Source: Priapulus caudatus
Taxonomy: Eukaryota
Assembly: GCF_000485595.1 (NCBI RefSeq)
Contig: NW_014577074.1
Coordinates: forward strand, 743,110-798,851
Direction of reading: 5' to 3'
DNA: 55,742 nucleotides
In this document: positions 1-11,928 of the stretch, piece by piece
How positions within the stretch are numbered: the stretch's first letter is position 1
How the letters are laid out: every line of letters begins with the position of its first letter
Program-made: the position numbers and the translations under genes
Notes under the pieces: model-generated
Database searches by the model: none
What the model was told of the DNA's origin: nothing
Seen by the model: the letters and a program-made list of their open reading frames with translations, nothing else

Positions 1-489
1 ATTTTGATGATGTAGACAGGCTATATTATTTTGCTGTGCACTAAACACACAGCAACAAGGATATTAACGATAAGTCAAAAATTTGGTACAGTATACACTC
101 TGCAACTTTATGGAAAATTGTAATATTGTAGATGCAGCCTGCTGCTACGACAACATACTACATGCATATCAAGAAATATTGCCGACAGCCGCTCAACCTA
201 GGAAAAATCAATTCGCCAACAAGGGGGCTGCAACTCAACGCTGCTCCTGCAGGATGCTGCTGCCACCTGGTGCCAGACACGGCCAGCTGCCCGAAAAAAC
301 CAATTGCAGAAAGACCTCGCTGAAAACCTGTGCTGTACTAATGCAGATAGAGCTCTCTCCGCGTCCACGCAGGGACTGAGTAATGATTGAAACTGCGAAC
401 ACTGCGCTGCTGTACGTGCTGCCTGTGTGACAACGACAGGCTGCTGCTATACGCATACATCCACTGCTACAGTGACACTTATATCGCAT

Positions 490-1190
490 GCTGGGATGAG
501 ATATACTGGCGGGCAGATATACAGGCGCGCTGACATAATATAACATAGCCATTCGTCAGATGAGGGGCGAGATATGACGGCTTAAGAGACATGAGATCAG
601 ATAGGCAATACGTGGCGGGCTGATTCATACGTATCTGAACGTGACACGAGACAGCCTTTTACAGATGCGAGTGTGAGAGATTAGGATACCTATATCATAC
701 AGTCGGATGAGATACACAAGTTAGAACATATGACATTAGACAGCCATTCAGAACATGGTAGCATGACATAGACAAGCTAGGAGACATGACTAACAATTTA
801 TCACGTGGTGGGACAACATATACACAATCGATGACATTGAGGATTTAACATGATCGGATGAGATATACAGAATTAAAGACACTACGTCAGATAGCAAGAT
901 ATCCCATGTTGCAATGAGAAACACAAGACACATCACCAGGCTATACAGACAAGGAGATACGATACCAGTTATCAATTTATCACATGGTAGGATAGGATAT
1001 ACCGTCAGACAGAAACTCCCACATTGCGGGGTGAGATATATAGGCTAGAAGACAGTATAGTAGGCAGGATAGTAGCACGAGATATACATACTAGTACACA
1101 TGACATTAGACCATAGCCATTAATCAGATAATTAGATGGCAAAATAGGATGATGTACAGTGCAACTAAGTACCTCTAGACCTGTATCTAC
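490..1190. repeat. Highly degenerate local repeat
   Basis: Recurrent GATGAGATATACA, GACATTAGAC..AGCCATT and CAATTTATCAC(G/A)TGGT motifs; unit not resolvable by eye. Confidence 0.5.
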
Positions 1191-1593
1191 GAGATTCTTC
1201 AAGCAAAGATTTATCAACGGTCCCTGCGTGCGTAGCATGGGGGCATTTAACGATTGCATCCCCAAAACCAAGCTGTAGCAGCGGCTAGTGCTTACCGTCA
1301 TCACAATCACCTTAGTCTAAGGAAACTGTACATCTTGCCTTGTGCTAAATGTTAACTATTACTTGCATAAATGAAACAGTATAAATCACCACCCAAAAGA
1401 AGAAATGCGTGCTGTGCGTTGAAGTCAGTTTGAAATTTGTAAATGTTAACCTTTAAGGGGAAGCACAAGACAACTGGGAAGAGGTTCTGTAGCAGATGTC
1501 ACCAAACGACAAATAGGAAAAAAAGCTACCAATTTCCATGCCAGACAAGGGAATGCTGCGTGTTGCTCTCTGTGATCTCCACCGACACGCCCC

Positions 1594-1596
<3 letters not shown>

Positions 1597-1647
<51 letters not shown>

Positions 1648-2074
1648 CTCTCTCTCTCTCTCTTCTCTCTCCTTCCCTCGCCTCCTCTTCCCCTCCTCCT
1701 TCTATCCCTCCTTCTCTCCCTCTCTCCTCTCTCCCTCTCTCCTCTCTCCTCTTCCTTCTCTCCCTCTCTCCTCTCTCCCTCTCTCCCTCCCTCTCTCCCT
1801 CTCTCCCTCTTCCCTTCTCCCTCTCTCCCTCCTCCCTCCCTCCCTCCTCGCTCCTCCCTCCTCCCCCTCCCTCCTCCCTCTCTCTCTCTCTCTTCTCTCT
1901 TTCTCTCTTTCTCTTCTCTCTCTCTCTCTCTCTCTCATCTCTCTTCGCTCTCTTCTCTGCTTCTCTTCTCTCTTCGCTGTCTCTCTCTTGCTGGTCTCTC
2001 TCTCTCTCGGCTGTCTCCCTTCTCTCTCTTCTCTCTCTCTCCTCCTCCTCTCTCTCTCCCCTCCTCTCTCTCTA

Positions 2075-2118
<44 letters not shown>

Positions 2119-2125
2119 CTTTCTT
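1597..2125. repeat. (CT)n / polypyrimidine microsatellite
   Basis: Direct reading; imperfect in the middle. Confidence 0.95.
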
Positions 2126-3280
2126 TTTCTAGTACAACTGAACCTCCGTTGTACGTGGTTGACGGCTAGGATACGAGGCAAGTAGCATCCCGAGTTTGCT
2201 CCTTTGCACCGGGGAAGTTTCAAAGACGGATTCTCTCATGCTCAATCACGATTTCAACTCGCCCCCACAGCTCACACACACAACAAGCGGACGCCACGAG
2301 CGAGAGTGGACGCCGGGTCACCTAAATGTCAGTCATGGTCGGCCTTGCGCTGTTCCCCAGCCCCGTGACAATAATTCATTCTGATGCATATCCAGCCAAC
2401 TGTGGACAATTCATTAACTAGCCAATTATGGGTATTACGGCTGACGAAAGTGGCCTCCAAGATATGACATCGACTGTGTGTAAATCTCTCCCTCGTTCCA
2501 TTCCAGAATTCCAAATTCAAGGCGATAGTAGCAACGATTGGTGGCAATGCAGACTGCTTGGGACAAGGAAAACGACAAGCCTTCCACAGGTTTTCGGATG
2601 TGGATTTTGTTTAGGTTAACCTTTACTACACTACACTGACTCAAGAGTACCTATTCGTCTCAACTTAGAACGTTTATTCCACAAGAGAATTGTAATTTTC
2701 TGCATTCAATTAAAAATTTAGACCATTTCATAAACTCTACACATGTACCCGGAGTTTTAGTTATGCACGTACAAAATACGTTGTAATTACTACCAAACAA
2801 GTGCTCAAGTTACAATATTCAAATTCACAAGTTTCATGGTTTTCTTGGTGAGGAAAACGTTTGCTCATGCTGTTCTGTTGCTCAATCTGTGTGAGGGATT
2901 GGCATGTGATAATCTGTGGGATGGATAGACAGTGATAATCATCTTTAATTAAAGGAGAGTTTGAATTTATTTTATTTTATTTTATTTGTATTAGTTTACA
3001 AGTTATAGATTTGTGGTTCGTAGAATGGAAAATTATTGCTATATAGTGATTTGAACTAACTGTGAACAATGTAAATTATTTGGGAGTCAGTGCAGTGTGA
3101 TTGTTTCCTGGGTTAGGGTTGTGATACGCGTGTAGAGATAATGTAGGGGCGAGTACGGTAGCAGAAAGTATCTGAGTTGCAGCGTAGTCATTTCTGGTGC
3201 TGTTGCTGAGACTGATGTACTCGCCCCCTCTAGCAGCACCTGTCTTTGGCCTTCCTCCCACTAGTTCCTCCCACTTCTAA

Positions 3281-3595
3281 AGCCTAGCGCAGATCTGCGA
3301 CTTTTTCATGCAACTCGACAGCAATTCTTGAATCGCTGCAAAAATTGCTGTGAAATCGCTACGTCTGCGGGAACGTGCAACTGCAACCCGTAGCGATTCT
3401 GGTCGCTTGTGACGAGTTGCAAGAAATTAAACTGTTTTGATTTTGAGCGACTCGTCATTCCCCAATTGCTCCGAAATTGCTCTAGAATTGCTTCAAAATT
3501 GCATGTATGCGCACACGCGGTGACACATCGACCGATCGCTTGTGGTTGCAGGTTGCATCGATGAGCAACCAAAAATCGCAGATCTGCACTGGGCT
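3281..3595. mobile_element. PIF/Harbinger-type MITE
   Basis: 20-bp TIRs AGCCTAGCGCAGATCTGCGA / AGCCCAGTGCAGATCTGCGA (2 mismatches), flanked by TAA on both sides (3278-3280, 3596-3598). Confidence 0.85.
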
Positions 3596-3973
3596 TAACC
3601 ATCCTGCATCTAGGTATTCTTACATCTACTCGCCTCTCACCTCTCAACCCTTCTGCCTCAACTTTTCCACCTCTGGGTGCTTCTACCTCGGTGAGCCATC
3701 TAGATAGTCAACGTATCTAGCTAGGGCAGTATGTAGAGGAATTTTGAACTTTTTACACATCTGCCCCATGTTGTGAAATATTACACCCAGGCGATTCATT
3801 CACAAAATCATTTTTGGCACTACATCAATAGAATTTTCCAAGAGATGTTCTGTAGCTGGGAATACATATCTAAAACCTTACCCTTTCTTAATTTCTCCTG
3901 CATTTACTTTTCTGGCCTAGCACCTAATGACTGGGAGTTTTAGGAAGTGATAACTTCCGCGGGGTACGGTTAA

Positions 3974-4339
3974 TAGTGTTGTCAATCGGTTGTAATTTCG
4001 TAATCGATCATCGGTTGGACCCAAGTAACCGATGATCGATTACAGTCGGTTACTCGGGGTGTTGAATTCCTGCGTGCGCGTAACGTCGTGTGCATGTATG
4101 TGCTTGTTTAGCCCTGTTTACTGTTTGTTTTGCACTATTTACTACTGTGTGTATAATACATGTACTGATTCTCATCACTTTTCCAAGTTTTCTTGTTCAA
4201 ATTAAAAAAAAAAAAAATATATCGAGGCACTGTTCAACCGATGATCGAGTATAATCGATGATCGTGACATCACTAAGCGCTTGGTTCGAGGCACTGTTCA
4301 ACCGATGATCGAGTATAATCGATGATCGTGACATCACTA
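3974..4339. mobile_element. hAT-type MITE, copy 1 (internally deleted, duplicated right end)
   Basis: TIR TAGTGTTGTCA / TAGTGATGTCA; 8-bp TSD ACGGTTAA / ACGATTAA; near-identical to 7210-7959; right terminus present twice (about 4224-4276 and 4287-4339). Confidence 0.85.
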
Positions 4340-4365
4340 ACGATTAAACAAATCGAGCAACCTAC

Positions 4366-4507
4366 CTTAGTGTACCAGGATAGACCTTTATGTAACCTCT
4401 GTCTGGGTCCTTTTCATTATATCGCAGAAAAATGGCAGGTCGACGGGCGTCCCGGCGCCGCAAGTTGCGGAGTGGCGTCTGCTCATCTAGCTCACGCTCA
4501 GTGCCCT
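4366..4507 (-). CDS. DGKQ: DGK theta exon (end of first RA-like domain, start of the next domain)
   Basis: ttaccagcag|AG GGC ACT...CTA AG|gtaggt = (E)GTERELDEQTPLRNLRRRDARRPAIFLRYNEKDPDRGYIKVYPGTL; 142 nt, phase 1 to 2. Last exon I could identify in the window. Confidence 0.92.
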
Positions 4508-4795
4508 CTGCTGGTAAAGAAAATAAAATAGAAATCAGACATCCAGACATCTTGAGCCATACGCAGATTTGCTCTTGGTGGACAGAGCTGGAGACGTGTG
4601 AAAGCATTACTTACAGAGGACGTAGTTAAATAAGACACATTTGCATGCTTAACATTTGTCACAATCCCGTAAATCCAAAGTTTGTGACATAAGCAGAAGA
4701 CAGACACAGTTCTTCCTCGATGTAAACCAATACTGGAATCACCATACGCCATAGCATATTTATAAACTGACAATAGACAGGCAATAGACAGTCAC

Positions 4796-4868
4796 CTTTG
4801 TCGACGACCTCAGTTACATAGTACTTCCTAGGGTCATCTGTGATGTGGAATGTTCTTAGTGCAGCCTC
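4796..4868 (-). CDS. DGKQ: DGK theta exon (RA-like domain, continued)
   Basis: tattgcag|GAG GCT...AAA G|gtgact = EAALRTFHITDDPRKYYVTEVVDK; 73 nt, phase 0 to 1. Confidence 0.93.
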
Positions 4869-6433
4869 CTGCAATATAATCATATCCATTAATCTGCTAC
4901 ATAGATGAAACACTGCTGTTTTTCATTGTTCGAACGCAAACGTGAATTTGGGAATAACATGAAAAAGGCATCCGAACAAGCGCACAACGGAATCCATGAA
5001 TGAAGATATGAATAAGATAATAGTTTAACAAATAAAAAAATAAACAAGAGTATGGCAATTCAGTAGTGTCCAGTGTGTCAGGGGTATGATTAATGATAAA
5101 ATGAAATAACAGACATCTGAATCAATGGCTTTGTGATCAGCCATTAGTGTAGATTATATCTGTATTGTCCTCACTTCTGTGATGAATTTCGCTATTTTCT
5201 AGCATTGAGTGCCTTTCAAGTCAACAAGACTCCTCTCACTCTTCGTAAAAAAACTACAACACCTCCTGAAAACTCATCAGTATTTTTAGCTTAAGTCTGG
5301 CAAGTGAGCAGTGTGTGACTAAATCAATTTGAATGTTGCTGATTATACAGACATCACAATCCTACACCAAATGGATTATCTCCATTCATCTACAGTGACC
5401 AGTAGGCTCATGTTCTGTTGTGTCAGCCATGTTAGCATTGTGATGCTGTAACATGTACTCTTCTCTTCCAATGTCAATAATTTTTCATGAACATTACACA
5501 AAATCTCTCTACTTTATCCTGAAAGCAAACTTCTAGTCATGAGAAATACAGCAGCATCTCGTGATGAATATCAGCCAAGTGGCATGTATTTGCAAGCTTG
5601 CAATGTGCAGTTAATCTTCAGTATTCTCATACGACTGCCCCTCTGCATCAGGCCAATAGCAAAACAATGTCAGTTACAATGAAAGTGTAGGCCAGGGTGA
5701 CATACAACTCTGTTCTATTATACACTAATATAGCTCAGCGCAACGCATGGCCAGAGATCAGTCACTAAAAAACTCCTATCTACAAGGTTTTCCTTACTTT
5801 ACTGCAGGAGCACAGCTTTGACATCATGTAATTATTAATTGCATTGATTACTTATTTATTGTATTAGCAGAATGTCAATGATACATAATTGATGAGCATC
5901 AGTGTAACAGGTACCTTGTAAATAAAAATAAACTCCTGAAGAGAAAGTGCAGGTGCATACAATACAGCCTCTTTCATGTCCTAAACATACAGATATTCAA
6001 TGCTCTGAGATTGTAATCAGATGGCACTGGATGAATACTAGCATTGTGATCTGTTAATTTAGAAAATAATTTGCGCGACATTAAAAAAACATTCAGCTTA
6101 TGAATGAAACATTAGCGACAGATACGCAGTTTGTACTGCCCAAATAATTCATGATTTATTTTATTTTACTAGAACAGCAAACAGTGCTGCCATCTATGGC
6201 TGCTGCAGCTAGCTAATGTGCAAGCAAACAAAACTACTAGTTACTCAGACATTTTCACACTCACATCAATAATATCCACTTCTATATGATTATAACAAGT
6301 TAATGACATACCAAGAGCACTACTACCTCACCAAACCATACACTTTGAGGTATCAGTGCATTTCTGCAACTCGTGTTACATGGTAACACCTGCAAGTCAC
6401 ACCAGCTGTGACATGCCAAGGCACATTACTCAC

Positions 6434-6528
6434 CAAAATCTGTTGAGCACTCGCTGATTTCATGACCGTTATTGTCCTAAACTGCCGTCGCTTCAACGAT
6501 GAATCTCCATCAAACACCTTTATTAATT
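6434..6528 (-). CDS. DGKQ: DGK theta exon (start of Ras-association-like domain)
   Basis: atttttcag|AA TTA ATA AAG...ATT TTG|gtgagt = (E)LIKVFDGDSSLKRRQFRTITVMKSASAQQIL; 95 nt, phase 1 to 0. Confidence 0.93.
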
Positions 6529-6590
6529 CTGAAAAATTGCAACAAAGTGACAATGCTTACGCTGCAACGTAATATACTTCCTAATTGTAT

Positions 6591-6853
6591 AAATAAATAC
6601 ATTTCTTGTGCCCTACTGGGCTACTGGCCTAGTGGGCTAGTGAAGAGATTCTCTCAGTTCTCACTGGCGGGTGCCGCCGCATACTAGGCTCTCTTCTTGG
6701 CACCGTTTCCACACTCTATCTTTTTTGCTGAGTAGCAGAGAACCAGTGTGTACCATTTTTCAAGTCTTTGGTATGACCCGGCCGAGAGTCGAACCCACGA
6801 CCTTCCACATGCGAGGCGAGCACTCTACCAATTAAGCCATCGCAGCGGTTTTC
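6591..6853 (-). mobile_element. tRNA-derived SINE
   Basis: Minus strand: A box TGGCTTAATTGG, B box GGTTCGACTC, core GGCCGGGTCATACCAAAGACTTGAAAAATGGTAC, (TATT)n tail; flanking near-identical repeats CTTCCTAATTGTAT / CTTCTAATTGTAT as TSD. Confidence 0.85.
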
Positions 6854-7014
6854 CTTCTAATTGTATTAAAATAATATACACTAAATAATACATTAATGAT
6901 TCTACTTTACAATGGACATTGTAATCAATTCCTGTTGCATTCACCCGGACTAATCTGATGCCGAGACTTCGGCACCTATCCACCACATGCTCGTAGATAA
7001 GTATAGAAACCAAC

Positions 7015-7146
7015 CTTCATCTCTATCCTTATCCTTGTCCTTGTCTTTTGTGCTGCCAGTCGAGGATATAGTTGGGTATTCATCATAGTCACGGGTGGCA
7101 CTCTTCAGGTCACCACTTGATGACCACTCCTCTGACATGCTGCGAG
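7015..7146 (-). CDS. DGKQ: DGK theta exon (Ser-rich/charged linker)
   Basis: ttgcagcag|CT CGC AGC ATG...GAT GAA G|gttggt = (P)RSMSEEWSSSGDLKSATRDYDEYPTISSTGSTKDKDKDKDRDE; phase 1 to 1; an alternative AG would start the exon at 7149. Confidence 0.82.
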
Positions 7147-7209
7147 CTGCTGCAACACGCAATCACATACACACCATGTATTGCCTTGCTCACCTACACA
7201 CATACAGAC

Positions 7210-7959
7210 TAGTGTTGTCAATCGGTTGTAATTTCGTAATCGATCATCGGTTGGACCCAAGTAACCGATGATCGGTTACAATCGGTTACTCGGGGTGTTG
7301 AATGCCTGCGTGTGCGTAACGTCGTGTGCATGTACGTGTGTGCATCATCATGTATGTGCTTGTTTAGCCCTGTTTACTGTTTGTTTTGCACTGTTTACTA
7401 CTGTGTGTATAATACATGTATGTTAATAAAGGATAACTTGTATAGTAGCAATGATATCTCTGATTTTCATCACTTTTCCAAGTTTTTTTGTTCAAGTTTT
7501 ACATTGATTTCGAATTTTTATTTTTTTATTTTTTTTTCTCCGATGAAATCGATTATGGATTTTGATAACCAAGCCAGAGATGCCAACACATATTTGAAGC
7601 AATCTGTAGTTTCTGGCCATCAAATTAGTAGTTCGAGGGTCACGTAATGACCCGAGTTTGCTAGGGGGGTCCGGCATGCCCCCCGGAAATTTTTTTTATT
7701 CTGAGATGCAATTTCCTGCCTTCTGAGGGTCAAAAATGTCAATAAATTGACAAAAAATGACAATAACTAACAAAAACAAATTTTTTTTCGATCACAGTGA
7801 AATTCGTAGTTTGATACAAACTGGTCGTAGTGGTGCAAAAGAAATAGAAATTCGTATGAAATACGGATAAATCGTAGTGGTTGGCATCTCTGCCAAGCGC
7901 TTGGTTCGAGCCACTGTTTAACCGATGATCGAGTATAATCGATGATCGTGACATCACTA
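7210..7959. mobile_element. hAT-type MITE, copy 2
   Basis: Same termini as copy 1; 8-bp TSD ATACAGAC / ATACAAAC; interrupts the start of the 35-bp minisatellite; carries a nested insertion. Confidence 0.87.
7575..7892. mobile_element. Nested TIR element (hAT-like termini, 6-bp TSD)
   Basis: Perfect 13-bp TIR CAGAGATGCCAAC; CCAAGC on both sides (7569-7574, 7893-7898). Confidence 0.8.
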
Positions 7960-9450
7960 ATACAAACCATGTATTGCCTTGTTCAACCACACACATACAC
8001 ACCATGTATTGCCTTGTTCACCCACAAACATACACACCATGTATTGCCTTGTTCACCCACAAACATACACACCATGTATTGCCTTGTTCACCTACACACA
8101 TACACACCATGTATTGTTCACTACACACATTACACCACCATTGTATTGCCTTGTTCACCCACAAACATACACACCATGTATTGCCTTTTTTTCACCCACA
8201 ACCATTACCACACCAATGTATTGCCTTTGTTCACCTACCAACACATACATACCATTTGTATTGCCTTGGTTCAACCACACACCACACATTACCATGTATT
8301 GCTTTGTTTCACCCACAAACATACCACACCATGTATTGCCATTGTTCACCCACACCACATACACACCGATGTACTTTACCCTTGTTCACCCACAAAACAT
8401 ACACACCATGTTATTGCCTTGCTTCAACCACTACACACACAATACCCATGTATTGCTTTGCTTCGACCCACAAACATACACACCATGTATTGCCTTGTTT
8501 CACCCACACACAAATACACACCATGTATTGCCTTGTTGTCACCCACAAAACATACACACCATGTATTGCCTCTGTTCACCCACAAACATACACACCATGT
8601 ATTGCCTTGCTTCACCTACACACATACATACCAACTGTATTGCCCTTTGCTTTCAACCACACACACAGCATACCATTGTATTGCTTTGTTCCACCACAAA
8701 CATACACCACCATTGTATTGCCTTGCTCACCCACACACCATACCACACCATGTATTGCCCCTTTGTTCACCCACATAACATACCACACCATGTATTGCCT
8801 TAGCCCTCACGCCACACACGATTACACACCATGTATTAGCCTTGTCACCACACACATACACACATGTAGTGCACTTCGTTCACCACACACATAACACCAT
8901 GTATTGCCTTCGTTGCACGCCTACACACATTACACACCATGTATTGCCTGTTCAACCTACACACATTACGCACCATGTATCTTGCCTGTTCACTACACAC
9001 CATACACACCATGGTATTGCCTTGTTCACCTACACACATAATCACCATTGTATTTGCCTTGTTCACCCACACACATACACACCATGTATTGCCTTGTTCA
9101 CACCACATTACAGGGACACACCATGTATTTGCCTAGTGTTCACCTACACACATACACACCATGTATTGCCTTTCGTTCACCTACACACATACACACCATG
9201 TATTGCCTTGCTTCATACACACATACACACCATGTATTGCCTGTTCACCTAACACACATACACACCATGTATTTCGCCTTGTTTCACCACTACACAGACA
9301 CTACCATTGTATTACCTTGGCTCACCTACACACATACACACCATGTATTGCCTTGTTCACCCACACACATACACACCATGTATTACCTTGCTCACCCACA
9401 CACATACACACCGTGTATTGCTTTGTTCACTCACATGCAAACACATTATG
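7960..9450. repeat. 35-bp minisatellite
   Basis: Unit ACACACCATGTATTGCCTTGTTCACCCACAAACAT; the first unit lies at about 7165-7209, on the other side of the hAT insertion. Confidence 0.95.
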
Positions 9451-10403
9451 TATTGCTGTCCTCATGGCGACCTATAATCACGACTCTATGCTTCCTGCTG
9501 TATTACACATTGTGTACTGCCTTTACTACTGCATCTTAACTTACTTACCCCCATTATATTACCATTACTTTGCCATACCTACTGTACCCATAATTTACTA
9601 TACCTTCTGTACCACCTTGCCACACAACCCCTACTGTATTACACCTACATTACTATACCTTCTGATTTGACATGCTGCACCAGATCTGTTGTAAACTATT
9701 TTTTACAACTTTACCCCTACTGCCATAAACGATGCAGTATTACTGCTACCATGACCATATCTATACTCTCCATCGATACAGATATGACCACGCTGCTACT
9801 GTATTCACCAAAGTAGCTTCACCCATGCTGTACCACCACTGCTATATTTGGGATACATACCATCGTGGCATACCATCCAATAGACCACGTTCCCTATGGC
9901 ATCATTGTTTGGTCCCATCTCCACTGTAATACTATACTGTAACTACCAGCTCTTACTATAGCTTGAATACTGCACTACCCTTCGTGTAACTCGACTAATG
10001 CACTACTTAGCAAGGCCTAATCACAAATAAATTAGAAATCTCAAAATCAATGTGTCAATTAAAAAAACAAAAAACAAATGTAACTAACGTGGCAGTGATG
10101 AAGTGGTATCGTCTGAATGCACAAGTATAGACCAAAAAATTGCAGCTAAATTTTCCGTTTACGGATATCATTACTTCAATCTTCACACTTTCACACGTGC
10201 TCTACTTCTACATCAAGCAGGTTAAAACCTCAACCATCTGGATGTAATCATTGTGCACCACACTGCCACTTCCGCATGGATTAGCTTTTATAAATCAGCA
10301 AGAGACCATCTTTACAGATCTAAAGGTCTTTTGCAGTACATTTCTATGCTACAATTTATGCGGGGCTAAAGCCGTAATGGATATCTATACTGGAATGACC
10401 AAC

Positions 10404-10456
10404 ATAATATCAGGAGTAGATAATAGGGATTCCCTATTATCTACTCCTGATATTAT
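10404..10456. repeat. 53-bp palindrome, member of the dispersed TCAGGAGT...ACTCCTGA family
   Basis: ATAATATCAGGAGTAGATAATAGGGA-T-TCCCTATTATCTACTCCTGATATTAT; relatives at 15228-15315 (two in tandem), 32011-32046, 49971-50031, 53381-53408 (half) and 53819-53854. Confidence 0.9.
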
Positions 10457-10600
10457 AGTACAGCGAATAGGAGATTCACTTACATATATTTCAACATATC
10501 TGCCAATTTCTACTAGTGGACAATATTTTCTTGTGTGAAAGTGCAAACTTTTCATTCGTTTTAATTTGCAAGGCTTTGTTATGTCTTTAGTTATGCTTAC

Positions 10601-10757
10601 GTGACAGTGCCTTCTGCTTGCTTATGCTGACACCAAGGATGGTTTCCATAGGTAGATCCGTCCGTGGAATCGTCACGCCACTGGGCGGTAACATGATGTT
10701 CTGCAAGCTGCCGAAGTTACACTCTGGAGGGAGAATCTTGTAACACACCGCATGTGC
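10601..10757 (-). CDS. DGKQ: DGK theta exon (end of C1c plus DGK-specific C1 extension)
   Basis: gattgcag|GCA CAT...TCA C|gtaagc = AHAVCYKILPPECNFGSLQNIMLPPSGVTIPRTDLPMETILGVSISKQKALS; contains the CxFGxL...LPP extension; 157 nt, phase 0 to 1. Confidence 0.95.
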
Positions 10758-11796
10758 CTGCAATCACATCAACATAACATGGGACCACACGAAGAAGCCA
10801 TCATTTCCTCCACAACACAGCCGCGCAGCGCTTCCGAAAAGTACCTTGATTGCTTCCAGAGCCCCCAAGCAACACAACTCTGAGACTGGCTGCCTAATAG
10901 AAGTATAAAAACTTAGTACACACACGAAATGCAGATAACTGAGTTTAAGGTGCTTCAATCATAGTTATTCATCTTAGTCCACTATTTTTTTCATCCATTT
11001 ATGCCAAAATTGGTATAAGCTTTGCTACCTGCGTATCATTTAACTTGCACAAGACCAATGGTCAGCTACTCTTCAAATATAAATAGTTAGTTAGTTGTCA
11101 TCAAGAGCATATAAAACCTATATATTATTTGTACTTAATGGCATATTTTGGTTTAATAAATACATGACAATAATGAAGATATAGATCTAAAAATTTTCAA
11201 ATAAAGCAAATTGTCCCTTGACCCCTCAGGATTTTATTGGCTCCTTTAAGTAGCAACTTTTTATACAATAACACTAACTGAAATATTAACTCAGAAAGCT
11301 TCTTTTCTTTTGAGATACCCCAAATGACAGATAAGAACACTATCAACAGCAGTGCTAATGGCTTTTCTTTACCCCGCACAAAGAAAAACAAAAAGCGAGA
11401 ACTTGCATAACTCTTGCATAATGCATTTATGCAGATTCCAAGTACTCAAAAGTTCACATGTGGAATGAATGGTATATGAGATGTTTGGGATATTCTGCAT
11501 TTCAACGCCATGCGTCAGAGCAGAGGGGTTCTGCTGATATGTATACACACTAGCCTAGGCTACATTCACAGGCAAAGCTAACTGCTGTCACAACACACAG
11601 CAGCCCATACAATAATAACAACCCTCTCTAAACAATTAAACAGATGAATCTCAGCCAATGAGAGAAAGGAATGGCCATAGTGGAGACAAAACATGAACAC
11701 GGTTGAAGTGCCAGACAGTGAAGGAACATAACAGCTAGACACAGGCTGTGACAGCAGCAGCGCCAGCAGTGAGGCCAGGCTAGCAATGTTACTCAC

Positions 11797-11928
11797 CGTT
11801 ACTCCACACCACTCGCAGCGTATACCAGCCAGGCACTCCGCTGACCAGCACGTCTTTTTACATAGTAAACATTTGGAATTGGCCGGCAAGTTGCCTTCTC
11901 TCCAGTGATGGAGCTGAACAACTTGGGC
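11797..11928 (-). CDS. DGKQ: DGK theta exon (C1c, HHWREGNLP motif)
   Basis: gttgcag|GCC CAA...GTA ACG|gtgagt = AQVVQLHHWREGNLPANSKCLLCKKTCWSAECLAGIRCEWCGVT; 132 nt, phase 0 to 0; HHWREGNLP...RCEWCG is characteristic of the third C1 domain of DGK theta. Confidence 0.96.

Noticed and set aside
2435..2560. Possible next DGK exon (VCIATNRCYYRLEFGILEWNEGEIY...)
   Set aside because: It has an acceptor-like site, but this frame needs phase 1 while the upstream exon ends in phase 2, the phase-2 frame stops quickly, and I see no DGK similarity.
6780..6850. Functional tRNA gene
   Set aside because: A and B boxes are present, but the sequence continues into a SINE core and tail with a TSD, and there is no proper acceptor stem.
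7960..9450. 35-bp periodic array as a CRISPR array or His/Thr/Cys-rich ORFs
   Set aside because: Units are head-to-tail with no unique spacers, there are no cas genes and the context is a eukaryotic intron; the ORFs are open in several frames because of the repeat.
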